Source: Capsulimonadales bacterium
Lineage (GTDB): Bacteria > Armatimonadota > Armatimonadia > Armatimonadales > Armatimonadaceae
Reading direction: 5' to 3'
DNA: 64,000 bases
Assembly: GCA_033762295.1 (NCBI GenBank)
Contig: JANRLW010000057.1
Coordinates: 1-64,000 of the forward strand
Positions 39,654 to 49,161 of the stretch are shown here, in pieces (within the stretch, counting starts at the first letter, position 1; each line of letters opens with the position of its first letter). The notes beneath the pieces were generated by a model. That model saw only the letters and a program-made list of their open reading frames with translations. It was not told where the DNA came from and made no database searches. The position numbers and the translations under genes are program-made.

Positions 39654-41173
39654 AAGGCTCCCGGCTTTGGCGTGTCCGTTGTCTGGCGAAAGGCCAGCAA
39701 GCCGGGGACGATAGTGCCTTTGATCGGTTTGGCAGTGATAAAGTTTGCCTTGACCTCAGTCACTTCCGCCTCGCCGATATCTTTGCACTGAACGTCAATA
39801 ATGATTTCCGGATTGCCGGGGTCTACGATGATGCGACTTTTCTTGATTATCAGCCTGTCGCCCGCCTTCAGCGACGTGCCCTCGCCGCTGGAAAGGATGA
39901 TTTCATCGTCGTTGGCCTGAAGCACTTTGAGCATCCAGTCCGCGCTCTGGATTTCTGGGAAGACTTCCTTTTCCAGCATTTTGCCCAATGCTTTACGAAC
40001 CGCTCCGCCCTGCTCGGAGCGGAAGAGCATTTTCAGCACCGCTTTCTCCGTCGCACTATCCGCCTTCTGACCGCTGATTCCCCCCGTTGTCAGGTCTTGA
40101 ATCACTTTATTCGCGCCTTCCAGCCCAGGTATTTTTATCCCTGAAGGGTTGAATGTCTGGGACTTCTCTTTGGTCTGAAAGATGCGGTCATGACGAACGC
40201 CCGTGTAGGCGTCCACGAAGGTTGACATCAATTGAATCGTGACCTTTGTTTCCGCTTGGCCGGGGATAGTAGACGTCGTGTCCGGCTTGAACTGGAGCAG
40301 GCGAGCCGAGACCCAGAAACGCGCTGGCTTTGGGGCGAAGTTGTCCTTCTTGACGGCCACGGCATCAGCAGATAAGCCAAGTTTTGCAAACGCTGGATCA
40401 AGCGGATTCTCACCCGTTGCTCTCTCCTTGAGGATTGTCCGCAGTTCGATTCCCATCTGGCTCGGCGCGGAGGATTGCGAAGGAGGCAATACTCCCGGCG
40501 GGGTCACCCCGACGGGAGTATCCACTTTCGTCTCTTCCTCATCCACTTTCGTCTCTTCCTCATCCGTTTTCGTCTTTTCCTCATCCGTAACAGGGGCGTC
40601 TTTCTGGGATGCGACGGGTTGGGTTGCGTCAGGATTAGTCGCAGCGGCGTTTGTCGCAGTCGGCACTGCGCTCGCCCCATCGGACGGCTCCTTTTCCTCT
40701 TCTTCAGGTTCTTGCTTGGGAACCGTGACCACAATGGTGAAACTGCGCCATTTGCGAATATGCAGATACCCGTCTTGCGGCTCTGTATCGCCGGAAAATG
40801 CCACCCGCCCGGTAATGTAAACCGTACTGGAGCGGACGCCTTCAACCGTCTCTGACGGGATTGTCGCCTCGATTTCGGCCTGACCTTTCGCATCGGTTTC
40901 TGCCGAACCGATCTCTGTGTATTGTTTCCGGTTCCAGCGTGCCGAGAAGGTCAACTCCCGCTTCGCCATCGGCTTGCCCGCCTTCGACTTGAGCGAGGCC
41001 TTAATCTTGACGGTTTTACCCGCTGCCCCCGACGGACTGCTGACCGTCAACGTCGGATAACCTGACCGCGCTTTCTGGGTTTGCGCGGTCGCTGGCAGAT
41101 AATAGGTGGCGGTAATTGCTATTCCCAATAGAAAATAGCAGCATACGTAAGCCGTTGATGGTATTCTCTTCAT
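39650..41173 (-). CDS. Secreted protein: Ig-like domain, acidic linker, CsgG/FlgT-like C-terminal region
   Basis: Signal peptide; IGSAETDAKGQAEI; C-terminus LKAGDRL...IVDP...IGEAEVTEVKANFITAK. Confidence 0.6.
   Translation of the reverse strand: MKRIPSTAYVCCYFLLGIAITATYYLPATAQTQKARSGYPTLTVSSPSGAAGKTVKIKASLKSKAGKPMAKRELTFSARWNRKQYTEIGSAETDAKGQAEIEATIPSETVEGVRSSTVYITGRVAFSGDTEPQDGYLHIRKWRSFTIVVTVPKQEPEEEEKEPSDGASAVPTATNAAATNPDATQPVASQKDAPVTDEEKTKTDEEETKVDEEETKVDTPVGVTPPGVLPPSQSSAPSQMGIELRTILKERATGENPLDPAFAKLGLSADAVAVKKDNFAPKPARFWVSARLLQFKPDTTSTIPGQAETKVTIQLMSTFVDAYTGVRHDRIFQTKEKSQTFNPSGIKIPGLEGANKVIQDLTTGGISGQKADSATEKAVLKMLFRSEQGGAVRKALGKMLEKEVFPEIQSADWMLKVLQANDDEIILSSGEGTSLKAGDRLIIKKSRIIVDPGNPEIIIDVQCKDIGEAEVTEVKANFITAKPIKGTIVPGLLAFRQTTDTPKPGAL
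40521..40588. repeat. 3 x 21-bp in-frame tandem repeat (DEEETKV)
   Basis: TCCACTTTCGTCTCTTCCTCA x2 plus one degenerate copy. Confidence 0.85.
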
Positions 41174-41218
41174 CAGTATCCCTCTCCCTTCGTCAGATCG
41201 GTTGACTGCGGCCCTGCG

Positions 41219-41731
41219 CTACGGAGCCACGACACGGATTTTGCTAATGCGGTAACGCCCCTGGTATGTCTCCTCATTCACGGGGAGGGCATCGCCCGCG
41301 AACTCGATACGCAACTTTCGGTCGCCACGGGCCGCTTTTCGTGGGACATGGATATTGAACGTCGCAACGCCCTGAATGTCGGTATTGCCCGTGTAGCGGA
41401 CATCATACTTATTGCCGGGGTAGGACTTCTTGTACCATCGCACCAGAAAGACAATCTCACGCCCCGGCAACGGAACTGCCTCAAGTTTGCCGTTGATTCG
41501 TTTCTTTGTGTAGAGGGTAGCGGACACCTTGACTTTTTGCCCCCGTGTCCCCTCATAGGCACTTTGGGCACTGATGTACGAGGGTAATCCTGTCTTCAGG
41601 GACTGTGTGGTAGTGACTGCGCCAAAAGGTGGCTCATCCTCATCGCTGGCAGACTGACTGCCAACGGCAACAGGCGTCAGCACTAAGAGCCAACCAATCA
41701 CGAGGGTCGCGAGCCAATATAGTCTTAACAT
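41219..41731 (-). CDS. Secreted single Ig-like domain protein
   Basis: GAGGAAAGG RBS before ATG 41731; signal peptide; GQKVKVSATL...LPGREIVF...TDIQGVATF...FAGD. Confidence 0.6.
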   Translation of the reverse strand: MLRLYWLATLVIGWLLVLTPVAVGSQSASDEDEPPFGAVTTTQSLKTGLPSYISAQSAYEGTRGQKVKVSATLYTKKRINGKLEAVPLPGREIVFLVRWYKKSYPGNKYDVRYTGNTDIQGVATFNIHVPRKAARGDRKLRIEFAGDALPVNEETYQGRYRISKIRVVAP

Positions 41732-42190
41732 ATTGTTTCCTTTCCTCGTGCCAAAAGAAAACACTGCAAGCTTCGCGGAGGCGACTGACTTGCGTAAAAC
41801 GTTCGGTAAAGTAAAGAGAGAGTGCATGATAGCTGATTTCTTTCAAGAGTTTGGCGATGTGAAATTCGGTCGGTTCGTAAATGCTGCAGGTTTACCGGTA
41901 TAGTAAATGCCCCGTTACTACAAGACTGCCTCCTCTGTCTCGGCATCGGTCAGATCCGGACGGTACGTGACGATAATGTATACACGTTTATCCTCCCGTT
42001 GCCGTTGAAGGTGGACATCCCGACGCACGTGGCGGTCATAACAGCATGAAGGCGGTTCCTGCCCCGGCTTGTGTCTGTTGTGAAGGCCGTTGTCTCCTTC
42101 CTACCGCCCCATCTTGCCTCAACGCGCAACTTTGACACAAGTCGCGGTTTTCCGGGACAAAACTAACAAGACGAGGGAACGGGATGACAC

Positions 42191-43000
42191 CTAATAGGAT
42201 GGAAGATCCGTCAGAATGGGGGGAGCAGGCACGACGATTCGGGTAACTTCCGGCTGAATCGCACCGGCGGCGACGAGGTCGTTCACTTCAATTACCATAC
42301 CAAGAACGCCCGTTCGCACCCCGTTTGCATCGTAGATTGCCTGATGGATATCCATTACCCATCGCGGTTCGGGCATGAGGAGACGATAGAGGTAGATGTA
42401 TCGCTCATTCGGCGGATACGTCGCTCCAAGGGATTTCTCATAAACCAGAGGCAAATCTTCGGGAGATATGACATCGTAAAATGTCGAGGTAGCCTCTTTC
42501 ATCGCCTGTGGGTCGTGGTTGAAGACTACTGCAGAGGAACTGACATAGGTATGGACAACCGGACTGAAAGACTTGAGTTCGTATACTATGGCACCCGCCA
42601 TATGGCTCGCTCGCTCAAAATAACTCAAGTGATAGCTCTTTTTTTGCTCACAAACCTGTACTTCGGTCAGTTTTCTTTCGGTTTCTGAAAGTAAAGCAAC
42701 CATACTCTCACGGTTACGGGCATACAATCGGTTAAGTGCATCCTGTGCCTCCTGCAACTCCCGATTTCGCAGTTCCAACTTTTCACGTAGCGATGCAATC
42801 GTGGCCGCCGTCCGATTCTTGACGCCGAGTCTCTCGCGCAAACGCTGCCAGTGCGTTTCCACAGTATGTTTGCTAATGTGGAGTATTTTGGAGATTTCCT
42901 TATCGGTATATCCCTCTGCGGCAAGTTCGACAATCTGGTCGATCCGCCGTTGAACGTTCGTTTGCTGGTCGATTTCCTCCATCAAAACGTTGCCATCCAT
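42191..43000 (-). CDS. Transcriptional regulator: N-terminal LuxR-type HTH + coiled coil + PAS-like domain
   Basis: AEGYTDKEISKILHISKHTVETHWQRLRERLGVKNR; PAS-like YVSS...VISPED...YRL....RWVMD. Confidence 0.8.
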   Translation of the reverse strand: MDGNVLMEEIDQQTNVQRRIDQIVELAAEGYTDKEISKILHISKHTVETHWQRLRERLGVKNRTAATIASLREKLELRNRELQEAQDALNRLYARNRESMVALLSETERKLTEVQVCEQKKSYHLSYFERASHMAGAIVYELKSFSPVVHTYVSSSAVVFNHDPQAMKEATSTFYDVISPEDLPLVYEKSLGATYPPNERYIYLYRLLMPEPRWVMDIHQAIYDANGVRTGVLGMVIEVNDLVAAGAIQPEVTRIVVPAPPILTDLPSY

Positions 43001-43180
43001 CTGTCGCTGTTTTTAGGGACATAAAGTAAATGGGTCCGATGAAAAATAGATATGGAAGAACCAATAAATTTCCACATACCCGACAAAATCAGACAAAATT
43101 TCCACTTTATATCGGTACATAGTAGCCAGCCTAAAATACCCTATATCAATGTACCCGTATCTCACTTCACCGATACTCGT

Positions 43181-43467
43181 GTCGAATATCCCAGTCCGTG
43201 CCCGGACCCATAGGCGATCCGCATCCCATCCTGCCATGACAAAGGCCGCCCGATCCCCCGGGCGGCCTGTTTTCCTGACGTCCCCTTACCAGCCGCGCGT
43301 GGCCAGCTTCTCGTTCTCGTCGAGCATCCGGATATCGATTCCGACCATCGGTTCGCCGAGGCCGGTGCTGATCTCGACCAGCTTGTCGAAATCGTTGTAG
43401 TAGGTCACCGCATCGACGATACGCTTCGCCCGCTCAGCCGGGTCGCCGGACTTGAAGATCCCGGAGC
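43181..43467. repeat. Direct repeat, right copy (degenerate GT gene start + terminator + intact pdxS 3' end)
   Basis: Encodes the remnant MRIAYGSGHGLGYST versus [15 protein letters not shown] of the gene at 37552. Confidence 0.95.
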
Positions 43468-44260
43468 CGACGAAGACCGCTTCCGCACCCAGGTGCATCA
43501 TCAGGGCCGCATCCGCCGGGGTCGCCACGCCGCCCGCCGAGAAGTTCGGCACCGGCAGTTTGCCCTGTTCGGCGATGAAGCGCACCAGTTCGTACGGAGC
43601 CTGCAGGTTCTTCGCCTCGGTCATCAGTTCGGCCTCGTCCATCATGCGGATCTTTCGGATGCCGCCCATGACGGCGCGCATATGGCGCACGGCTTCGACC
43701 ACGTTCCCCGTTCCGGCCTCGCCCTTGGTGCGGATCATAGCCGCGCCCTCGCCGATCCGGCGCAACGCCTCGCCAAGATCGCGGCAGCCGCAGACGAACG
43801 GCACCCGAAAGTCGAGTTTGTTGATGTGGAACTGCTCGTCGGCAGGCGTCAGCACCTCGGACTCATCGATAAAGTCCACGCCCTTTTTGCCCGCGCTGTC
43901 GCGAATGGCTTCCAGAATCCGCGCCTCGGCGATATGCCCGATCCGGCACTTGGCCATCACCGGGATGGTCACCGCGTCCATGATGTCGCGGATCAGGGCG
44001 GGATCGCTCATACGCGCCACACCGCCGTGCTTCCGAATATCGGCCGGAACCCGCTCCAGCGCCATGACCGCGACCGCGCCCGCATCCTCCGCGATCCGGG
44101 CCTGTTCGGCGGTGACGACGTCCATGATCACGCCGCCTTTCAGCATCTCGGCCAGCCCGACTTTGTTCCGCCAGGTGGATTTCTCCGGCGTTCCGTTTCC
44201 GTCGACGTGCCCGTTGAAACCGTTGGCTCCGGTCGCTGTCGTATTTTCCGCCAATTCCAT
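43286..44260 (-). CDS. pdxS: Pyridoxal 5'-phosphate synthase lyase subunit PdxS
   Basis: [46 protein letters not shown], ends RGW. Confidence 0.98.
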   Translation of the reverse strand: MELAENTTATGANGFNGHVDGNGTPEKSTWRNKVGLAEMLKGGVIMDVVTAEQARIAEDAGAVAVMALERVPADIRKHGGVARMSDPALIRDIMDAVTIPVMAKCRIGHIAEARILEAIRDSAGKKGVDFIDESEVLTPADEQFHINKLDFRVPFVCGCRDLGEALRRIGEGAAMIRTKGEAGTGNVVEAVRHMRAVMGGIRKIRMMDEAELMTEAKNLQAPYELVRFIAEQGKLPVPNFSAGGVATPADAALMMHLGAEAVFVGSGIFKSGDPAERAKRIVDAVTYYNDFDKLVEISTGLGEPMVGIDIRMLDENEKLATRGW

Positions 44261-44427
44261 AATCGTAGTACCTTCTAAAGTGTTTGTTATCGGACGATTT
44301 ATGCAGCATGTATTCTATCGAACGGAAATTGGCCCTGCCAACTCCCGACCGTTTCTCACGTTCTCGGATGCATCTCCGGACGGTCCGTTGTATGATTTCC
44401 ACAAGCCCGTTTGAAAAGGAACCGGAC

Positions 44428-45480
44428 ATGTCCCTGCCGATTGTGCGTACCGATCTTCCCCGCCTCACCGAAGAGGAAATACGACCGATTTACGAGTTCC
44501 AGCGTCGGATGGACCGGGAGCGCTCCCCGGACGACCCGAAACTGCCGTTCGAACAGATGGTCGCCTCGATCCGCAACATCCCCGCGTTCGTTGAGGTGTT
44601 CGCCTTTCTGGTGCGCGAGGGCGATGGCACCGTGGTCGCGAGCGCCGACTTCGCTTTTCTGAAAACGCCGGAGAATCAGCACATGGGGCAGTTCGGGATC
44701 AGCGTGCTTCCGCCGTATCGCCGCCGGGGAATCGGTCGCCGTCTCCTGAACGAGATCGTCACCACCGCCGAGCGGCACGAGCGCCGCCTGATGATCACGA
44801 ATGCGACCGACCGGATTCCCGCAGGCGCGCGATTCCTCGAGCGGATCGGCGCGCGAATCGGTCTCGAAACACACGTCAATCAATTGAAGTTCGAGGACCT
44901 GAATCGCGGCCTGCTGCGCCGCTGGCTTGAAGAGCATGTTTCGGAAGGCTTCACCCTCGGTTTCTGGTCCGGCCCGTATCCGGAAGAGAACCTGGAGGAG
45001 ATGGTCGCTCTGAACGAACTTTTCAATCACGTGCCCCGGGGCGACCTGGATATGGAGGATTTCCGATTCACCGCCGAGCAGATCCGTCAGCAAGAGGCGT
45101 CGATGACCGCGCGCGGGGTGGAACGATGGACCTGCTTCGTCCGTGATAACGCCAACGGCAAGATCGCGGGCATCACCGAAATGCTCTGGAATCCGCACCG
45201 TCCGACGCATATCCACCAGGGGATTACCGCCGTCTGGCCGGAGTACCGCGGCAAAGGACTGGGACGGTGGCTGAAAGCCGAAATGCTGGAAAAGGTGTTG
45301 CGCGAACGACCGGCGGTGACGCTGGTCCGAACGGAGAACGCCGACGTGAACGCGCCGATGCTGAAGATCAATACCGAACTGGGGTTCCGTCCCTACCGGG
45401 CCGAATACGTCTGGCAGATCGAAACCGCCCGCGCCCGGGCCTACCTCAACGGAACCGAAGGCGGCGAAGCCGCCTCCTGA
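44428..45480 (+). CDS. Tandem GNAT-family N-acetyltransferase
   Basis: Two motif-A copies (VLPPYRRRGIG; VWPEYRGKGLG), NADVNAPMLKINTELGF. Confidence 0.9.
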   Translation: MSLPIVRTDLPRLTEEEIRPIYEFQRRMDRERSPDDPKLPFEQMVASIRNIPAFVEVFAFLVREGDGTVVASADFAFLKTPENQHMGQFGISVLPPYRRRGIGRRLLNEIVTTAERHERRLMITNATDRIPAGARFLERIGARIGLETHVNQLKFEDLNRGLLRRWLEEHVSEGFTLGFWSGPYPEENLEEMVALNELFNHVPRGDLDMEDFRFTAEQIRQQEASMTARGVERWTCFVRDNANGKIAGITEMLWNPHRPTHIHQGITAVWPEYRGKGLGRWLKAEMLEKVLRERPAVTLVRTENADVNAPMLKINTELGFRPYRAEYVWQIETARARAYLNGTEGGEAAS

Positions 45481-45498
45481 CGGAAGATCGATCAAAAA

Positions 45499-45747
45499 TC
45501 AATAGCGGTTGGGGCCGGTCGGCAAAATCTCGACATAGCGGACCAGCGCCGAATTAATGACGACCAGACCGCCGTCCTGCGCCGGACCGAAACTGGGGGA
45601 AACCGTAAAAACATCCCGGGACAGTCGTGCTTCCACTTCCTTGGCGACGGCAACCGGAGACTCGGCCTCGATGGTTTCGGTCACGATCTCTCCCGACGCA
45701 TCGCGCATATCGCTTTCAAACCAGTACTTGACGTGATAGGACGCCAT
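45499..45747 (-). CDS. Hypothetical protein (82 aa)
   Basis: GAGGA RBS; compact beta-rich sequence ending VINSALVRYVEI. Confidence 0.65.
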   Translation of the reverse strand: MASYHVKYWFESDMRDASGEIVTETIEAESPVAVAKEVEARLSRDVFTVSPSFGPAQDGGLVVINSALVRYVEILPTGPNRY

Positions 45748-45897
45748 TTGATTCCTCGCTTAGGGTATTTCCGCTTACTCTCTATTAACGCCTCGACGGG
45801 CGGTCGGCGTTCCCGAACGATTTTCTGTCGTCGCCCGGAAACGCCGTCACCCTAACATGAAATCGGCAGTTCTGTCAAGGAACGCCCTGACCGATTC

Positions 45898-46896
45898 CTA
45901 TTTCACCTCGACCCAGCGGCCCTCTCGCGCCCCGGTATAGAGGGCTTCCATGACGACGCTGCGGTAGGCCGCTTCCCGTGCTCCGACCAGTTCGCCGTCC
46001 TTGCCCTCGACGGCGGCGAAGAACGAGTCCAGCCCCGCCGGTTTTCCGGCCGGTAGCGCGTCGAAAGGCGTCGAACCGTCCGCGCCCTCCACGTGCTTGC
46101 TCTGCAGATAGAGCTGTCCGTTCAGAATCGTCGCATGCCCTTCGGTCCCGGACACGAGCATTCCGACCGGGTTGGCGACATCGTCCCAGGCCGCCGCCAG
46201 GGTGCCGATCGTCCCGCTCTTGAATCGCATCAGCCCCTCCCCGGTTTCGTCGCAGCCCTCGTAGGCGGCGGTCCCCTGGTCCAGCTGCGCCGTCACCGCC
46301 GACACGTCGCCGAAGATCCACAGGAGAATATCCAGCGAATGCGTTCCCAGGTCGCCGAACGCCCCCACACCGGCGATGGTCGGGTCCGCCATCCAGCGCC
46401 ACTCGGTATCGAACCACCGGCCCAGCGCGCCGCTATGGCAGTTGCTGCCGCGCACCCGGGTGATCTTGCCGAACGCCCCGCGCTCGACGAGTTCCTTCAG
46501 GAAGATCAGTTTGGCGTCGCCCCGCATGAAGTAGCCGGTCTGAAACAGGACGCCCGCCTGCTCGATCGCCTCGGCCATTCGAACGGCGTCCGCGCCGCCG
46601 AAACCCAGCGGCTTCTCGACAAAGAGATGCTTCTTCGCCGCCGCCAGGGGCAGGACCAGTTCCTCGTGACGGTTGGTTTCGGAGCAGACGATGACCGCGT
46701 CGATCTCCGGGTCGCCGACGATCGCTTCGAGTTCGGTGGTTGCCGTCGCCCCCTTCAACTCGGCGGCGCGCTTCTCCGCTCGCGCCCGGTCATGATCCCA
46801 GACATACTTACAGGAAACGTTCTCCCGCTTGTTGACATTGTTGATAAAGCCGGGGGTGTGGATATGGGCCGCACCGACAAAGGCAATCACGCTCAT
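45898..46896 (-). CDS. Gfo/Idh/MocA-family oxidoreductase
   Basis: HLFVEKPL, GAFGDLGTHSLD. Confidence 0.92.
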   Translation of the reverse strand: MSVIAFVGAAHIHTPGFINNVNKRENVSCKYVWDHDRARAEKRAAELKGATATTELEAIVGDPEIDAVIVCSETNRHEELVLPLAAAKKHLFVEKPLGFGGADAVRMAEAIEQAGVLFQTGYFMRGDAKLIFLKELVERGAFGKITRVRGSNCHSGALGRWFDTEWRWMADPTIAGVGAFGDLGTHSLDILLWIFGDVSAVTAQLDQGTAAYEGCDETGEGLMRFKSGTIGTLAAAWDDVANPVGMLVSGTEGHATILNGQLYLQSKHVEGADGSTPFDALPAGKPAGLDSFFAAVEGKDGELVGAREAAYRSVVMEALYTGAREGRWVEVK

Positions 46897-46960
46897 GACA
46901 GTATCCTTCGTGAAAATGGAAATTCTCCACGAAAGATTCGTCGACGCCGTCGCCGTTTCC

Positions 46961-47404
46961 TCAATCCAGAATGCGACGGACGAATTGCAGCAGTTCGGTC
47001 GGATTGAAGGGCTTGGTAAGATACAGGTCGGTCCCGCTGTTGTACGCCTGTGCGACGGTGATATCCTCGGCTCGCGCCGTCAGCATGATGACCGGCACCT
47101 CCGCCAGAATCTCATCCCGCCGAACCATCGCCACCAGTTCGAATCCGTCCATCTCCGGCATCATGATGTCGGTGATCAGCAGACGCGGCGGGCGATGCAT
47201 CATGTTCCTTAATGCGTCCGTACCGTTGATCGCCGTCGCGACGGCGTAACCGTTCGTCCGTAAAGCGAACTCGATCTGTCGCAGAATATGCGGATCGTCC
47301 TCCACCACCTGAATATAGCCGCCCTCGGGTTCCTCCGACAGGGAGGGCATGTCCGCACTGTCCGTCGGTATCATCTCTGACCTAATCTCTCTTTCCGTCC
47401 TCAT
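46961..47404 (-). CDS. Single-domain response regulator (receiver only)
   Basis: VVEDD, ITDIMMPEMDG, MLTA, YLTKPF; start uncertain. Confidence 0.9.
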   Translation of the reverse strand: MRTEREIRSEMIPTDSADMPSLSEEPEGGYIQVVEDDPHILRQIEFALRTNGYAVATAINGTDALRNMMHRPPRLLITDIMMPEMDGFELVAMVRRDEILAEVPVIMLTARAEDITVAQAYNSGTDLYLTKPFNPTELLQFVRRILD

Positions 47405-47595
47405 GCGGCACGACCGTCCCCGAAACCCGTCTTGCGAAACGCCGAGATGACACCATCATCAGGAAAAAGAAGGAAAAAGGGCAGGGCGAATGGGTCAGGG
47501 ATCGATATCTCATGAGTCTAGTAATTAATCTACGGATTCATCCGAACGAGCGATCTCTTTATGTTAGTGGACCTACCTCGCTCCGTTGTTTCCGA

Positions 47596-47642
47596 TGTGA
47601 AAAAATCCACACCCCGAAGGAATGTTTCATGCATATGAAACA
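47596..47642. promoter_or_regulatory. CRP/Rex-like box and second palindrome upstream of the response regulator
   Basis: TGTGA-AAAAAT-CCACA (47596-47611); TGTTTCAT-GCAT-ATGAAACA (47623-47642). Confidence 0.4.
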
Positions 47643-47676
47643 ACGTCCCTCATTGTAACAAAGAAATGTCGTTCCA

Positions 47677-49071
47677 TCAACCGTCGGCGATACTCCGGAA
47701 GGTTTCGATCAGCGCCGCCTCCTCGAACTCATCGACCGCCCGAAGATCCAGCAGATAACGCCCTTTTTCCATCCGGCCGTAGACGGGACGGTCCGCGCGG
47801 CGTAATCGTCGCGCCAGGTCGTCCGATCCTTCGCCCTCGATCGCTACCGCCCAGGACGGGAGCGACGCGCCCGGAAGGGACCCGCCGCCCACCTCGGAAA
47901 GGGTCGCGGACAGGTCGATCCGGAAGCCCGGCAGCGCCTCTCGTAACGCCCGCGCGACGCGGCCGCAGGCCGCCAGTATCTCCTCCGGCGACCGGGCAAT
48001 GCGCCGCAGAACGGGGATTTCCTGCCACGGATCGCCGCTGCGGTAGATTCTCAGGGTCGCCTCCAGTCCCGCCAGAGTCAGTTTGTCCGGACGGAGCGCA
48101 CGCGCCAGAGGATGCCGCTTCAAGGGTGCCAGAACGGACGTCGTTCCGATCAGGATTCCCGCCTGCGGCCCTCCCAGCAGTTTGTCCCCGGAAAACCAGA
48201 TCAGGTCGGCTCCGGCGGCGACACTGTCCCGGATCAACGGTTCGTCGCGCAGTCCGAACGGGGAAAGGTCGATCAACGCCCCGGAGCCGATATCGTCGCC
48301 CACGGTCACGCCACGCGCCCGTCCGAGGGCGATCAGTTCCTCCAGCGACGCTTCCTCGGTGAATCCGACGATCCGGTAGTTCGACGGATGCACGCGGAGC
48401 AGCATCGCCGTGCGGTCCGTCATCGCCCGTTCATAGTCGCCGATCCGGGTCCGGTTCGTGGTGCCGACCTCGACCAGACGCGCTCCCGCGCTCTCGATCA
48501 CCTCCGGCAGGCGGAACTGTCCGCCGATCTCGACCATCTGACCGCGTGACAGCACCACCTCGCGGCCACCCGCGACCCCGGCGACAGCCAGGAAAGTGGC
48601 GGCCGCATTGTTATTGACGACGTAGGCGTCCTCCGCGCCGGTAAGTTCGCAGAGGAGTCGGGCGATTCCGGCCTGCCGGGAGCCGCGCGCGCCCGTCTCC
48701 TCGTCGACTTCCAGCGACGCATGTCCGCCCGCGACGGTTTCGACGGCGGCGGCGGCGGCGGGAGCCAGTGTGGCCCGGCCGAGATTGGTATGGAGAAGCA
48801 CTCCGGTCGCGTTGATGGCCGGTCGGATCGCGGGGCGGGTATCCGCCGCCGCGACCTCGCGCGCCTGTCGGACCAGCGTTTCGAAATCGATTTCGGTCCG
48901 GGGGGTCCCGGTCCCGTGCTGCCGTACCGCCCGGCGAGCGTCGGAAATCACCTGACGGGCGGCGCGGACCGCCGTCGCATGGGGAAAGGATTTCAGCGCG
49001 TCGCTCGCCGCCAGTTTTTCCACCGAGGGCAGGCCGCGCAGGGCGGCCATCACCGTTTTTTCACCAGTCAC
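47677..49071 (-). CDS. selA: L-seryl-tRNA(Sec) selenium transferase
   Basis: INATGVLLHTNLGRA, VVNNNAAA, EIGGQFRLP, EVGTTNRT, SGDKLLGGPQAG. Confidence 0.95.
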   Translation of the reverse strand: MTGEKTVMAALRGLPSVEKLAASDALKSFPHATAVRAARQVISDARRAVRQHGTGTPRTEIDFETLVRQAREVAAADTRPAIRPAINATGVLLHTNLGRATLAPAAAAAVETVAGGHASLEVDEETGARGSRQAGIARLLCELTGAEDAYVVNNNAAATFLAVAGVAGGREVVLSRGQMVEIGGQFRLPEVIESAGARLVEVGTTNRTRIGDYERAMTDRTAMLLRVHPSNYRIVGFTEEASLEELIALGRARGVTVGDDIGSGALIDLSPFGLRDEPLIRDSVAAGADLIWFSGDKLLGGPQAGILIGTTSVLAPLKRHPLARALRPDKLTLAGLEATLRIYRSGDPWQEIPVLRRIARSPEEILAACGRVARALREALPGFRIDLSATLSEVGGGSLPGASLPSWAVAIEGEGSDDLARRLRRADRPVYGRMEKGRYLLDLRAVDEFEEAALIETFRSIADG

Positions 49072-49117
49072 GGATTCAGGATACCCAACCGCCTGCCCTT
49101 TCCGCCGTACGGTCTCC

Positions 49118-49141
49118 CCGTCCGACCGTCCGACCGTCCGA
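49118..49141. repeat. 3 x 8-bp tandem repeat CCGTCCGA
   Basis: Intergenic, between the rhamnosidase gene end and the selA promoter. Confidence 0.7.
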
Positions 49142-49161
49142 CTATCTACCGGTCGACCCGA

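Larger units (their letters stand above)
37796..43180. mobile_element. Genomic islet (no integrase) between pdxS direct repeats
   Basis: Flanking 287-bp direct repeats; visibly lower GC and different codon usage; five co-oriented genes of non-housekeeping type. Confidence 0.75.

Noticed and set aside
41830..42190. Short ORFs in the islet intergenic region
   Set aside because: No RBS or motif support; treated as regulatory DNA
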